Positions 55,762-64,000 of a DNA stretch of 64,000 nt are shown here, one piece after another. A program made the position numbers and the translations under genes. The notes beneath the pieces were generated by a model, which did no database searches, was not told the DNA's origin, and saw only the letters and a list, made by a program, of their open reading frames with translations. The DNA comes from Nitrososphaerota archaeon (GTDB lineage Archaea > Thermoproteota > Nitrososphaeria > Nitrososphaerales > Nitrosopumilaceae). The first letter of the stretch is position 1. Each line of letters opens with the position of its first letter. The stretch spans positions 264 through 64,263 of the forward strand of contig JAJPKL010000041.1 of NCBI GenBank assembly GCA_021323705.1, read 5' to 3'.

Positions 55762-56625
55762 CTACCTGCGTCTAGATTTTGATCTTTTTGCCTTTCTTTT
55801 AATGCGCCTTTTTGTCATTCTTTTCTTTGTTGCTTTTTTTGTTGGCGCTCGTCTTTTTGCAACTCGTTTTGTTCGTGTTCTAGCCTTTCTGGTAATTCGT
55901 TTTCTTTTGGTTTTTGCCTTTACCTTTCTGGCAGCCTTTCTTTTGGCATGCTTTCTTTTTGCTCTCTGTAGTTTTCTTTTTGCCTTTCTTCTCTGCTCTA
56001 AAGACTCGGCCAATTTTTTCTCAATTGAATGCAGAGTCTTTGTTGTCTGCTCTTCTCTTTTGATAAGTGATTGTACTTTGGGTCTGAGTACGGACTCGGC
56101 TTTTTCACTTGACTTGAGCTGTTGAACTAGAACCGGCTTTACATGAGTCTGTTTTCTTAATTGAGAATCAAGTCTTGTTTTTTCTTTTGCAAGCTGCTCA
56201 ATCTGGCTCTCAAGCCTTGCCTCTGCCGCTTCGCGTTCCTTCATTCCAGATCGCAACTCTGCTATCTTTTCCTCGGTAAATCGCAATCTTTCCTGTGCCG
56301 ATGCCTTATCTTCGGAGGAACCATAATCAATTTGCTGTTTGATGCTGTCTTGGGTATCAAGCTCATGCTTTAGCCTCTCTTCTGATGTAAGCTTGAGCCT
56401 GGCAATACTTTCTTTTTGAGCGCGGTATTGATTTAGAAGCTGTGCCACGTGTGAAATCTGTCTTGCCAGTGTCTCCTTTTTGCGTTCAAGGGATGCAAGA
56501 CCAGATGATGATCTTCTTTTGAGTGAAAGCGTCTCCTTTAGATTATTCTCGCTTTTTCTTCGTAATTTTGCAACCTCAGCCTTTTTTGCCCTATATGATT
56601 TAGTGAGTGCCTCCAGGGATGCCAT
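55762..56625 (-). CDS. Coiled-coil protein with highly basic Lys/Arg-rich C-terminal tail
   Basis: Long heptad-rich region followed by a K/R/A/T tail. Confidence 0.8.
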   Translation of the reverse strand: MASLEALTKSYRAKKAEVAKLRRKSENNLKETLSLKRRSSSGLASLERKKETLARQISHVAQLLNQYRAQKESIARLKLTSEERLKHELDTQDSIKQQIDYGSSEDKASAQERLRFTEEKIAELRSGMKEREAAEARLESQIEQLAKEKTRLDSQLRKQTHVKPVLVQQLKSSEKAESVLRPKVQSLIKREEQTTKTLHSIEKKLAESLEQRRKAKRKLQRAKRKHAKRKAARKVKAKTKRKRITRKARTRTKRVAKRRAPTKKATKKRMTKRRIKRKAKRSKSRRR

Positions 56626-56737
56626 GCGTTTTATGAGACTTTGTAATTGATTAAGTTTTTGTTATGATCAGGATTTGACATAAGAGTTAAAATTTTTAAC
56701 ATGTTTTTCTAATTTTTTCTTAAAATTTGCAGATGTT

Positions 56738-57097
56738 TTGCAGGTAGAACAGGTAGATTTTATTTGGCAACATCAAGAAAAATGCATGGAATTTCATCCA
56801 TCTCAGATACCCATCTCAAAAACATTTGAGATTGATGATGAGATAAAGGCACCAGAGATTGCATCCGAGATGGTAAGTCTAGGCTTTTCATCGCAAAAGG
56901 GAGGGTTCAGGGTTATTATGACAAAGGAAAAAAATACTGCAAAAAAAATTGGGTTTACTTTGATAAATGAGCTCAACTTGGGACTGCGAAAGGCAAAACA
57001 AGAGCGAGATGTCAGATATTGGATATACAGTTATGATAAAGATCATTTTGCTATGGTATTGATAAGCTCCAAAGTGTTAGACAAGCTAGGTCTTTGA
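56738..57097 (+). CDS. Hypothetical protein
   Basis: 119-aa ORF, TTG start. Confidence 0.7.
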   Translation: MQVEQVDFIWQHQEKCMEFHPSQIPISKTFEIDDEIKAPEIASEMVSLGFSSQKGGFRVIMTKEKNTAKKIGFTLINELNLGLRKAKQERDVRYWIYSYDKDHFAMVLISSKVLDKLGL

Positions 57098-57745
57098 CTT
57101 GTCAAAGATCAGTTCAATCTTGAGCTTCTTTGACATCACATCTGCAAGCAAAATCCCAAGAACTGCGCCGCCAATTACTGTAGTAGGATATTCTTGCAGT
57201 AAGTATAGTCTGCTTACAGATACAAGAATTGGATACAGCCATATCAGGTGAGATCCTCGAGGAAACCTCCTAGATAGGGCATATCCAACAATAAATGCAA
57301 AGATGGTTGTTCGAACCGTGTGTCCTGCTGGGAATGTACCGTCTACCTGACATGGAATTCCCACATCTGCCCCTGATGTGATGGCCAGCTTGGCTCCCAT
57401 AAAATTAAGATCAGGTTTTTCATATCCCGTATAGCACCTCATGTAGGCTGCAATTATAGTCCCTATCAGAAGCGAAAGTAGTAAAATGAGGCCCAGCCTT
57501 CTTGTGCTTTTTTTAATAAAAAGCACTATTGCCACAAATATTGGATATAGGACCCAACCAATCTCAGAGAAGAACTGCATGGCATGGTCAACAAGTGTGT
57601 TTCCTGCCAGTTTTTGCATCGAATTCTCAAAACTGTTGTCAGGATTTAACGGGATTTTTGCACTTGCCAGATATATCAATACCAAAAATGATAGTGCTAA
57701 AAGGAAAAATGTTCTACTTCTTACATCAAAGACCCATTTTTGCAC
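57086..57745 (-). CDS. PAP2-family phosphatase (membrane)
   Basis: FPAGH and SRLYLLQEYPT motifs (catalytic His appears replaced by Glu-Tyr); TM helices. Confidence 0.78.
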   Translation of the reverse strand: MQKWVFDVRSRTFFLLALSFLVLIYLASAKIPLNPDNSFENSMQKLAGNTLVDHAMQFFSEIGWVLYPIFVAIVLFIKKSTRRLGLILLLSLLIGTIIAAYMRCYTGYEKPDLNFMGAKLAITSGADVGIPCQVDGTFPAGHTVRTTIFAFIVGYALSRRFPRGSHLIWLYPILVSVSRLYLLQEYPTTVIGGAVLGILLADVMSKKLKIELIFDKSKT

Positions 57746-57887
57746 AGAAAGTTCCTCCCTGATACATATATCTACACATTAGTCGAAAGTGGATCCATAT
57801 TAAAGTGAGATCAATTTTTCTAGAAAATTCCACGTCTGATATGTTTCACGACTAAAGGATTTTAACCACCACCAAGAAAGGATCGCC

Positions 57888-59096
57888 GTGAGAATTCTAA
57901 CTCTTGACGATTTTGATACCAAAGGTAAGACTGTATTTCTGCGCGTCGACATGAACTGTCCCATAGATCCTGCCACCATGAAGATAATTGAAACAAGCAG
58001 GATTAGGGAGTCCACCGAATCTCTCAAGGATCTGGAGGGGGCAAAGGTGGTGATTGCATCACACCAAGGGCGTGTGGGCAACAAGGATTACACTGGAATG
58101 GAAAACCACGCCAAAGTTCTAGAAGAGATTCTTGGGCGCAAGATAAAGTATGTAGAAGATGTCATAGGATCAGAGGCTCAGAATGCAATAAAAAACATGA
58201 AAGAAGGCGACATCATACTGCTTGATAACGTCAGACTTTGTGCCGAAGAAAATTACGAGTTTTCAGCTCCTGACGCAGCACAGACAATCATGGTAAAACG
58301 TCTCTCAAAGTTATTTGATTTGTGTGTACTCGATTCTTTTCCAAGCTCACACCGCGCACATCCATCAATCATTGGGTTTGCACATGTACTTCCTGCATGT
58401 GCTGGGAGGTTGGTTGAGCGCGAGGTAAAAAAACTAGATGAGATACTTACAGTAGCGAAGGGTCCTCATGTTGTGGTACTTGGCGGATCAAAGGTGATAG
58501 ACAGGCTTGAAGCCATAAAGGAATTGATTCAAAATGGACGGGCAGACCAGGTGCTACTCACTGGAGTCATAGCAAATGTGTTTTTGAGGGCACAGGGAAG
58601 AATCAAGTTTCCTCTTGGAATCAAAAGAGAAGAAGAGGTAGTGCAAAAAGCCCATGCTCTTATCGGAGAATATCCCGATGTCTTTTCTGTTCCAGTCGAT
58701 ATTGCGATAGAAAAAAACGGCAAGAGAGTTGAGATGGATGTACGTGAACTTGTCAAGGGAGACAGCGTATTTGACCTTGGTCCAAAAACGATAGAATACT
58801 ACCTAAAATCAATACAGAGTGCAGGAACTGTATTCATGAGTGGGCCTGCAGGATTTTTTGAAAACGAGAACTTCAAGTATGGAACGGAGGAATTGTTAAA
58901 AGGTGTAGCAAATTCCTTTGCCACTACAATAGTGAGTGGAGGTCACCTTACTGCCGCACTCAAAAGATACGGCTTGGCAGAGAAGATAAACCACATCAGC
59001 ACTGCAGGCGGTGCACTGGTACTATATTTGACTGGTGTGAAACTTCCAATGATTCAGGCCCTAGAAGAGGCCGCTGCAAGATATCGTTCTAAATAG
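57888..59096 (+). CDS. pgk: Phosphoglycerate kinase
   Basis: LRVDMNCP, SHQGR, LLDNVR, LGGSKV, GGHL, HISTAGGA. Confidence 0.96.
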   Translation: MRILTLDDFDTKGKTVFLRVDMNCPIDPATMKIIETSRIRESTESLKDLEGAKVVIASHQGRVGNKDYTGMENHAKVLEEILGRKIKYVEDVIGSEAQNAIKNMKEGDIILLDNVRLCAEENYEFSAPDAAQTIMVKRLSKLFDLCVLDSFPSSHRAHPSIIGFAHVLPACAGRLVEREVKKLDEILTVAKGPHVVVLGGSKVIDRLEAIKELIQNGRADQVLLTGVIANVFLRAQGRIKFPLGIKREEEVVQKAHALIGEYPDVFSVPVDIAIEKNGKRVEMDVRELVKGDSVFDLGPKTIEYYLKSIQSAGTVFMSGPAGFFENENFKYGTEELLKGVANSFATTIVSGGHLTAALKRYGLAEKINHISTAGGALVLYLTGVKLPMIQALEEAAARYRSK

Positions 59097-59427
59097 TTGT
59101 CTTACATTGCGGGTTCGGGCAGATGCGCGGTTCTAGCTTTCCAAGGTACACCTGCTGGTTACAAGACTTGCAGTCGTGTTTTTCAACCACGTCGAAGATC
59201 TTAAACCATTGGGTAGTAAAATTCTGGGCAATCGGCCTTATCATGCCTTCTTCGTGCAGTTGTTTGAAGTATGGTTCCATGTCATCAATCGTGAGTGAGC
59301 TGTCAAGTCCTTCTCCCTTTAGTATCTCAAATATCTCATCGTTTGTGAACCTCAAGTTTGGATCATTGAACTTTTCAAAGATTACCTTCCTTATCTTGAG
59401 TGGTATTACTTGTGTTTGTGGTGCCAA
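59089..59427 (-). CDS. Hypothetical protein, C-terminal Zn ribbon
   Basis: CKSC...CPNPQC. Confidence 0.75.
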   Translation of the reverse strand: MAPQTQVIPLKIRKVIFEKFNDPNLRFTNDEIFEILKGEGLDSSLTIDDMEPYFKQLHEEGMIRPIAQNFTTQWFKIFDVVEKHDCKSCNQQVYLGKLEPRICPNPQCKTTI

Positions 59428-59428
59428 A

Positions 59429-59869
59429 TCAGTATAGACCAGATGCTTCTTCTTTTATCTTGTTTGCAGATGCCGTATCCTTTAGTTTCTCGGAAAGATA
59501 AGAGTACAGACCGGATTTTAGAACTTTGAGTGATAAGAGCGCGCATTTTATTCTGGCAGGTCCAAGGTCGTGCAGTCCCAGATTGTCAAGTATGTCTTCT
59601 TTTGAGAGTTTCTTTACAGTCTCAAAGTCTTTCCCCATGATGAGCTCTGTAAGCATTGATGCACTTGCCTGACTTATGGCACATCCCTTTCCGGTAAACT
59701 TGACGTCTACTACTTTGTTGTCTTTTATGTTAAGGTGCATCTCAAGCTCGTCACCGCAGAGAGGATTGCTGTCTCTTTGTGCAACATCTGGATTTGGTAG
59801 CTTTCCATAGTTTCTTGGATTTCTGTAATAATCAAGTATTATCTCTCTGTAGATATCTGCACTACTCAA
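59429..59869 (-). CDS. sufU: SufU/IscU-like Fe-S scaffold/sulfur acceptor
   Basis: NPLCGD, GCAISQASAS, RIKCALL. Confidence 0.93.
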   Translation of the reverse strand: MSSADIYREIILDYYRNPRNYGKLPNPDVAQRDSNPLCGDELEMHLNIKDNKVVDVKFTGKGCAISQASASMLTELIMGKDFETVKKLSKEDILDNLGLHDLGPARIKCALLSLKVLKSGLYSYLSEKLKDTASANKIKEEASGLY

Positions 59870-61110
59870 ATCTTAAACAACTCCTTTGCTCGGTAAAGTG
59901 ACTTGATGAAGGCATCTACCTCGTCCTTTGTGTTATAGATATAAAAGCTTGCGCGAGAAGTGGCTGAAACATCAAGCCTCTCCATCAGTACCTGCGCACA
60001 GTGATGTCCTGAACGGATTGCAATTCCGTCTTCATCAATTATTGTTGCAAGATCATGTGGGTGTATGTCGCCCAAGTTAAAAGATATCACACCTCCACGC
60101 TTTGTAGCATTCATGGGTCCGTAGATCTTTACTCCCTTTACCTGAGAGAGTTTGTCTAATGCATATTTTGTTATCTCAATTTCATGTTCTCTGACCTTAT
60201 CCATTCCTATCTTCTCAAGGTAGTCAATTGCAGCTCCAAATCCAATCACGTCAGCAATGTTTGGAGTTCCCGCCTCAAACTTGTATGGCAAGTCATTCCA
60301 GGAGGTTTCGTATTTGTGAACCTCTCGAATCATGTCTCCTCCACCGTTGAATGGAACCATGTTTTCAAGCAACTCTTTTCTTGCCCACAGTACACCAACA
60401 CCTGTTGGACCTAGCATCTTGTGAGCTGAGAATGCGAAAAAGTCACAGTCTAGTTTTTGCAGGTCTACTTTCATGTGAGGTACAGATTGTGCACCGTCCA
60501 CAAGAACTCGGACGCCTTTCTTCTTGCATTTCCTGACAATTTCTTCCGAGTCAGTTATGGTACCTAGTACATTTGACATCTGACTGAATGCAACTAGCTT
60601 TACCTTTCCAGTTTCCAGATACTTGTCAAGCTGGTCAAGTATGAGCTCACCATTGTCATCGACTCCAATGTATTCCAGCCTTGCGCCTTTTTCTTTTGTG
60701 AGCAACTGCCATGGAACAATGTTGCTATGATGTTCGTATTCTGTTGTAATTATAATGTCGTCTTTTCCAACGTTTTGTCTTCCCCAGGTATATGCAACAA
60801 GATTAATTGCCTCCGTAGTGCCCCTGACAAAGACAATTTCTTCACGATTCTTCGCATTGATGAATTTTGCAACCTTGTCTCTAGTAGATTCGTATGCAGC
60901 AGTTGCCTCTTCCGCAAGTTCATGAACTGCCCTGTGAATGTTAGAGTTATAATTTAGATAGTAATTGCTTATGGAATTGATTACTTGGATAGGCTTTTGT
61001 GTTGTAGCCGCGTTGTCAAAGTAGACCAGTGCTTTGTCTTTGTGAACTTTACGTTTTAGAATTGGAAAATCATTTCTAATATTTTCAATATTTATCATAC
61101 TTGTTTGCAA
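59866..61110 (-). CDS. sufS: Cysteine desulfurase SufS
   Basis: YFDNAATTQKP, FSAHKMLGPTG, RSGHHCA. Confidence 0.96.
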   Translation of the reverse strand: MQTSMINIENIRNDFPILKRKVHKDKALVYFDNAATTQKPIQVINSISNYYLNYNSNIHRAVHELAEEATAAYESTRDKVAKFINAKNREEIVFVRGTTEAINLVAYTWGRQNVGKDDIIITTEYEHHSNIVPWQLLTKEKGARLEYIGVDDNGELILDQLDKYLETGKVKLVAFSQMSNVLGTITDSEEIVRKCKKKGVRVLVDGAQSVPHMKVDLQKLDCDFFAFSAHKMLGPTGVGVLWARKELLENMVPFNGGGDMIREVHKYETSWNDLPYKFEAGTPNIADVIGFGAAIDYLEKIGMDKVREHEIEITKYALDKLSQVKGVKIYGPMNATKRGGVISFNLGDIHPHDLATIIDEDGIAIRSGHHCAQVLMERLDVSATSRASFYIYNTKDEVDAFIKSLYRAKELFKI

Positions 61111-61111
61111 A

Positions 61112-61432
61112 TTATTCTACCTCGAGATAGATTTCATTTTGTTCTATTTTAACATTGTAGGTTTTCAGCGGCACTTCAGCTGGTAGGTTTTGAGGCATTC
61201 CTGTTTCAAGATTAAATGTTGAGAGATGCAATGGACATGTCACCCCTTCCTCATTTAGTATTCCAGTTGAAAGGTCTGCCTCAGCATGAGTGCAAATCCT
61301 GTCCGTGGCGTAAACTTTGCCGTTTATGTTTGCCAAGAGAATTTTCTTGTCATCATAATCAAAATCTAACATCTCGCCTTTTTTCAACTCACTTGTGGCA
61401 CATACCTTTACCCATTTTGACAACATGTTCAC
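61112..61432 (-). CDS. Rieske-type [2Fe-2S] ferredoxin
   Basis: CTH...CPLH motif. Confidence 0.92.
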   Translation of the reverse strand: MNMLSKWVKVCATSELKKGEMLDFDYDDKKILLANINGKVYATDRICTHAEADLSTGILNEEGVTCPLHLSTFNLETGMPQNLPAEVPLKTYNVKIEQNEIYLEVE

Positions 61433-62829
61433 CTGTACTTGTAGTGGCTTTCAAAGATGTCAGCTTCTCGGTACCTTGTCTCTTCTACTTCAAGTATTGC
61501 CTTGAGCTGTTCGTCTGTTTTTATCTTAAGGTCTCTGCCAAGCCATTTAGATTCTATGAGATAGCTTATCCATGCGCGAATTTGATATGACATCTTCCTT
61601 GACAGCGGTTCTAGGAATCCTTCCACAATGATCTTCTGAGCTTCAGACTTGCTAAGACATCTGGTAGCAAGATAGAAGAGTTGCTCTTCGTCCATCTGGG
61701 CAACAGATGCAGAGTGTGTCGCTTTGACATCGTTTGTCAATATCTCAAGTCCTGGAATAGAGTCCGATTTTGCGCCCTTGTCAAGCAAGATAGAATGTCC
61801 TGCAAGGTATGATTCAGAGTGAGATGCTCCCTTTTCAATTCTTATCATTCCCTTAAAGAGTGACTTTGACGTATCTTTGAGAACTGATTTTTCCAATACA
61901 CGCCCTATGGTATATGGTGCGTTGTGTATGAGGTTTGAAGACAGATCAAATGACTGGTTCTTGTTTCCAAATACTACCTCAGTGTCATGTGCAGTTGCAC
62001 CGGTGCCGTTTAGATAGTTGTTTACCTTGTATCTTGAAAGATGTGAGCCAAACAATCCAAGATACCAGCTCATCCTTGCATCTTGCGCTATGTTTGCAGC
62101 CCTTGATGAAAAATTTACTGCGTTTTCATCCATGGCCTGCAATGTCACAAGTTCTAGATTGCTATTTGGTTTAACTGTGGTGTCAAGTACTTCAAGATAG
62201 GCCTGCTGTTTTGCAGATGAAGGTGCATAGATTTCCTGTACGATTGATGCATTACTGTTTTCGTCACAGATTATGACATTTCTTGATATTATAGAGGTCT
62301 GATCAAGTGCAAGTGATGAGATTATGTGTATTGGTTTTTCAAGTGATACATTTTTTGGAACATAAATACAAATTCCAGAATTGAAAAATGCATTGTTTAA
62401 TGCAACGTACTTGTCTTGTTTGGCATCAATTTTTTCAAACACTTGTTTTATTTTTTCCTCATGTTCCTTTATTGCATCATGAATAGAACAGATGACAACC
62501 CCTTTTGACTTGAGCTCAGATGGTAAGTTTATCTTTGAGATGTTTGTTCCTATCTGAATTATGCTTGGGTTGTCTGAGATTTCAGATAGTCTGTCCTTTA
62601 CAAAGTCTGGAAGCGTAGTATCAGAGCTTAGAGAGAAGGTTACTTGTGAAGAGTCCATCCGGTTGGCATCAGTATACTTGTTGTAAAGTGGAGATACCTC
62701 AGGTGGAAGTTTCTCGTAAATTGCAAACGAATTTTTCCTATAGTCTTTTAGCCATGATGGCTCATTGTTGGCATCTGAGATTTCATCTATGTGATTTGTG
62801 CCAAGCTTTGACAGGACAAATGATGACAT
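61429..62829 (-). CDS. sufD: Fe-S assembly protein SufD
   Basis: SIPGLEI...DVKATHSASVAQ, YLATRC..KSEA..IIVEGF. Confidence 0.9.
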   Translation of the reverse strand: MSSFVLSKLGTNHIDEISDANNEPSWLKDYRKNSFAIYEKLPPEVSPLYNKYTDANRMDSSQVTFSLSSDTTLPDFVKDRLSEISDNPSIIQIGTNISKINLPSELKSKGVVICSIHDAIKEHEEKIKQVFEKIDAKQDKYVALNNAFFNSGICIYVPKNVSLEKPIHIISSLALDQTSIISRNVIICDENSNASIVQEIYAPSSAKQQAYLEVLDTTVKPNSNLELVTLQAMDENAVNFSSRAANIAQDARMSWYLGLFGSHLSRYKVNNYLNGTGATAHDTEVVFGNKNQSFDLSSNLIHNAPYTIGRVLEKSVLKDTSKSLFKGMIRIEKGASHSESYLAGHSILLDKGAKSDSIPGLEILTNDVKATHSASVAQMDEEQLFYLATRCLSKSEAQKIIVEGFLEPLSRKMSYQIRAWISYLIESKWLGRDLKIKTDEQLKAILEVEETRYREADIFESHYKYR

Positions 62830-62856
62830 ATCTATTCAGGGTATGACAAGAGTCGG

Positions 62857-64000
62857 CTAGCCGACTGAGCCATCCATTTCCAGTTTGATTAGTCTATTGA
62901 GCTCTACAGCATATTCCATTGGAAGCTCTTTAGTAAATGGCTCGATGAATCCGTTTACGATGAGAGTTAGCGCTTCTTCTTCTGTAAAGCCTCTTGTCAT
63001 AAGATAGAATATTTGTTCGTCGCCTATCTTACCCACAGTTGCCTCATGGGTAATTGTTGCATCCTCTTGGTTGATTTCCATGTATGGATAAGTGTCTGTC
63101 TTTGAAGAATCGTCAAGCAGTAGAGCATCACATCTTACTGATGCCTTGACATTTGTTGCACCTTTGGCAACATGTAGCAGCCCACGATATGTAGTTCTAC
63201 CGTTACTCTTACTTACTGACTTGGAAGTAATTCTAGATGTAGTGTTTGGAGCAAGGTGAACCATTTTTGCACCGGTATCTTGATGTTGGTTTTTTCCCGC
63301 AAACGCAATTGATAGTGTCTCGCCGTGTGCCCTCTGTCCCAGCAGATAAACTCCAGGATATTTCATGGTGACTCGGCTTCCAATGTTGCCGTCGATCCAT
63401 TCGACTCGCGCACCTTCATACGCATATGCTCTTTTTGTTACTAGGTTGTAAACATCATTGCTCCAGTTTTGGATTGTAGTGTATCTCAGTTTGGCATTTT
63501 TCATTGCAATCAGCTCAACAACTGCAGAATGAAGCGATTCTGATGAATATACCGGTGCAGTGCAGCCTTCGATGTAATGGACTTCTGCTCCCTCATCTGC
63601 AATAATTAGTGTCCTTTCAAATTGTCCAATGTTTTCTTTGTTGATTCTAAAATAGGCTTGCAGTGGAAGATCTACCTTGACTCCCTTTGGTACATAGATA
63701 AATGAACCACCACTCCAGACTGCGCTGTTTAGTGCAGCAAACTTGTTATCTTCTGGAGGAATTACTTTACCAAAATATTTCTTGAAAATTTCGGGATGTT
63801 CTTTTAGGGCAGAGTCGGTGTCAAGGAAGAGTACGCCCTGTTTTGCAAGGTCTTCTCTTAGGTTGTGGTATACGACTTCAGATTCATATTGAGCTCCTAC
63901 TCCTGCCAAAAATTTCTTTTCTGCTTCTGGAATTCCAAGCTTGTCAAATGTTGCCTTCACCTCTGCTGGAACGCTGTCCCAATCTTTTTCTGTCTTTTCA
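62857..64000 (-). CDS. sufB: Fe-S assembly protein SufB (5' end outside window)
   Basis: [31 protein letters not shown]-like FYLMTRGF; frame open to window end. Confidence 0.97.
   Translation of the reverse strand, partial: EKTEKDWDSVPAEVKATFDKLGIPEAEKKFLAGVGAQYESEVVYHNLREDLAKQGVLFLDTDSALKEHPEIFKKYFGKVIPPEDNKFAALNSAVWSGGSFIYVPKGVKVDLPLQAYFRINKENIGQFERTLIIADEGAEVHYIEGCTAPVYSSESLHSAVVELIAMKNAKLRYTTIQNWSNDVYNLVTKRAYAYEGARVEWIDGNIGSRVTMKYPGVYLLGQRAHGETLSIAFAGKNQHQDTGAKMVHLAPNTTSRITSKSVSKSNGRTTYRGLLHVAKGATNVKASVRCDALLLDDSSKTDTYPYMEINQEDATITHEATVGKIGDEQIFYLMTRGFTEEEALTLIVNGFIEPFTKELPMEYAVELNRLIKLEMDGSVG

Noticed and set aside
1-64000. CRISPR array, rRNA, integrase, transposase or prophage genes
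   Set aside because: No regularly spaced repeats or recognisable recombinase, transposase or capsid motifs seen.

Overview
Archaeal chromosomal window, almost certainly Nitrososphaerota (Thaumarchaeota; ammonia-oxidising archaea). This is inferred from S24e/S27ae/S8e, SRP54/SRP19, aIF5A, Pus10, Gar1, two TFBs, a DnaJ-ferredoxin fusion, a PEF-CTERM protein and thaumarchaeal-type surface modules. Most of the window is core: tyrA, thiC/thiDN, apgM, translation genes, scpAB, hemA/hemB/sirC/ahbAB/chdC-like, pgk, sufC and sufBD-Rieske-sufS-sufU, plus two intron-containing tRNAs (Tyr-GUA, Leu-CAA). Two accessory stretches lie at about 12-22.8 kb and 33-46 kb. No CRISPR array, rRNA, integrase or transposase was found. 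Best leads: (1) an HxlR/DUF24 redox-sensor module in which a TFB paralog-azoreductase operon and a divergent Cys-rich protein share an identical promoter architecture (TTTAAATA-10 nt-13 bp palindrome TATAGTWACTATA); (2) a recurrent TTTGCGGTATGCC/TGCGGTA element at gene boundaries; (3) an 892-aa secreted Ig-domain protein with a His-rich segment and long polyQ tail; (4) a hybrid siroheme/coproheme heme route; (5) several micro-ORFs missed by the ORF track and two likely single-base frameshifts. No database searches were run; all family calls come from recognising motifs.
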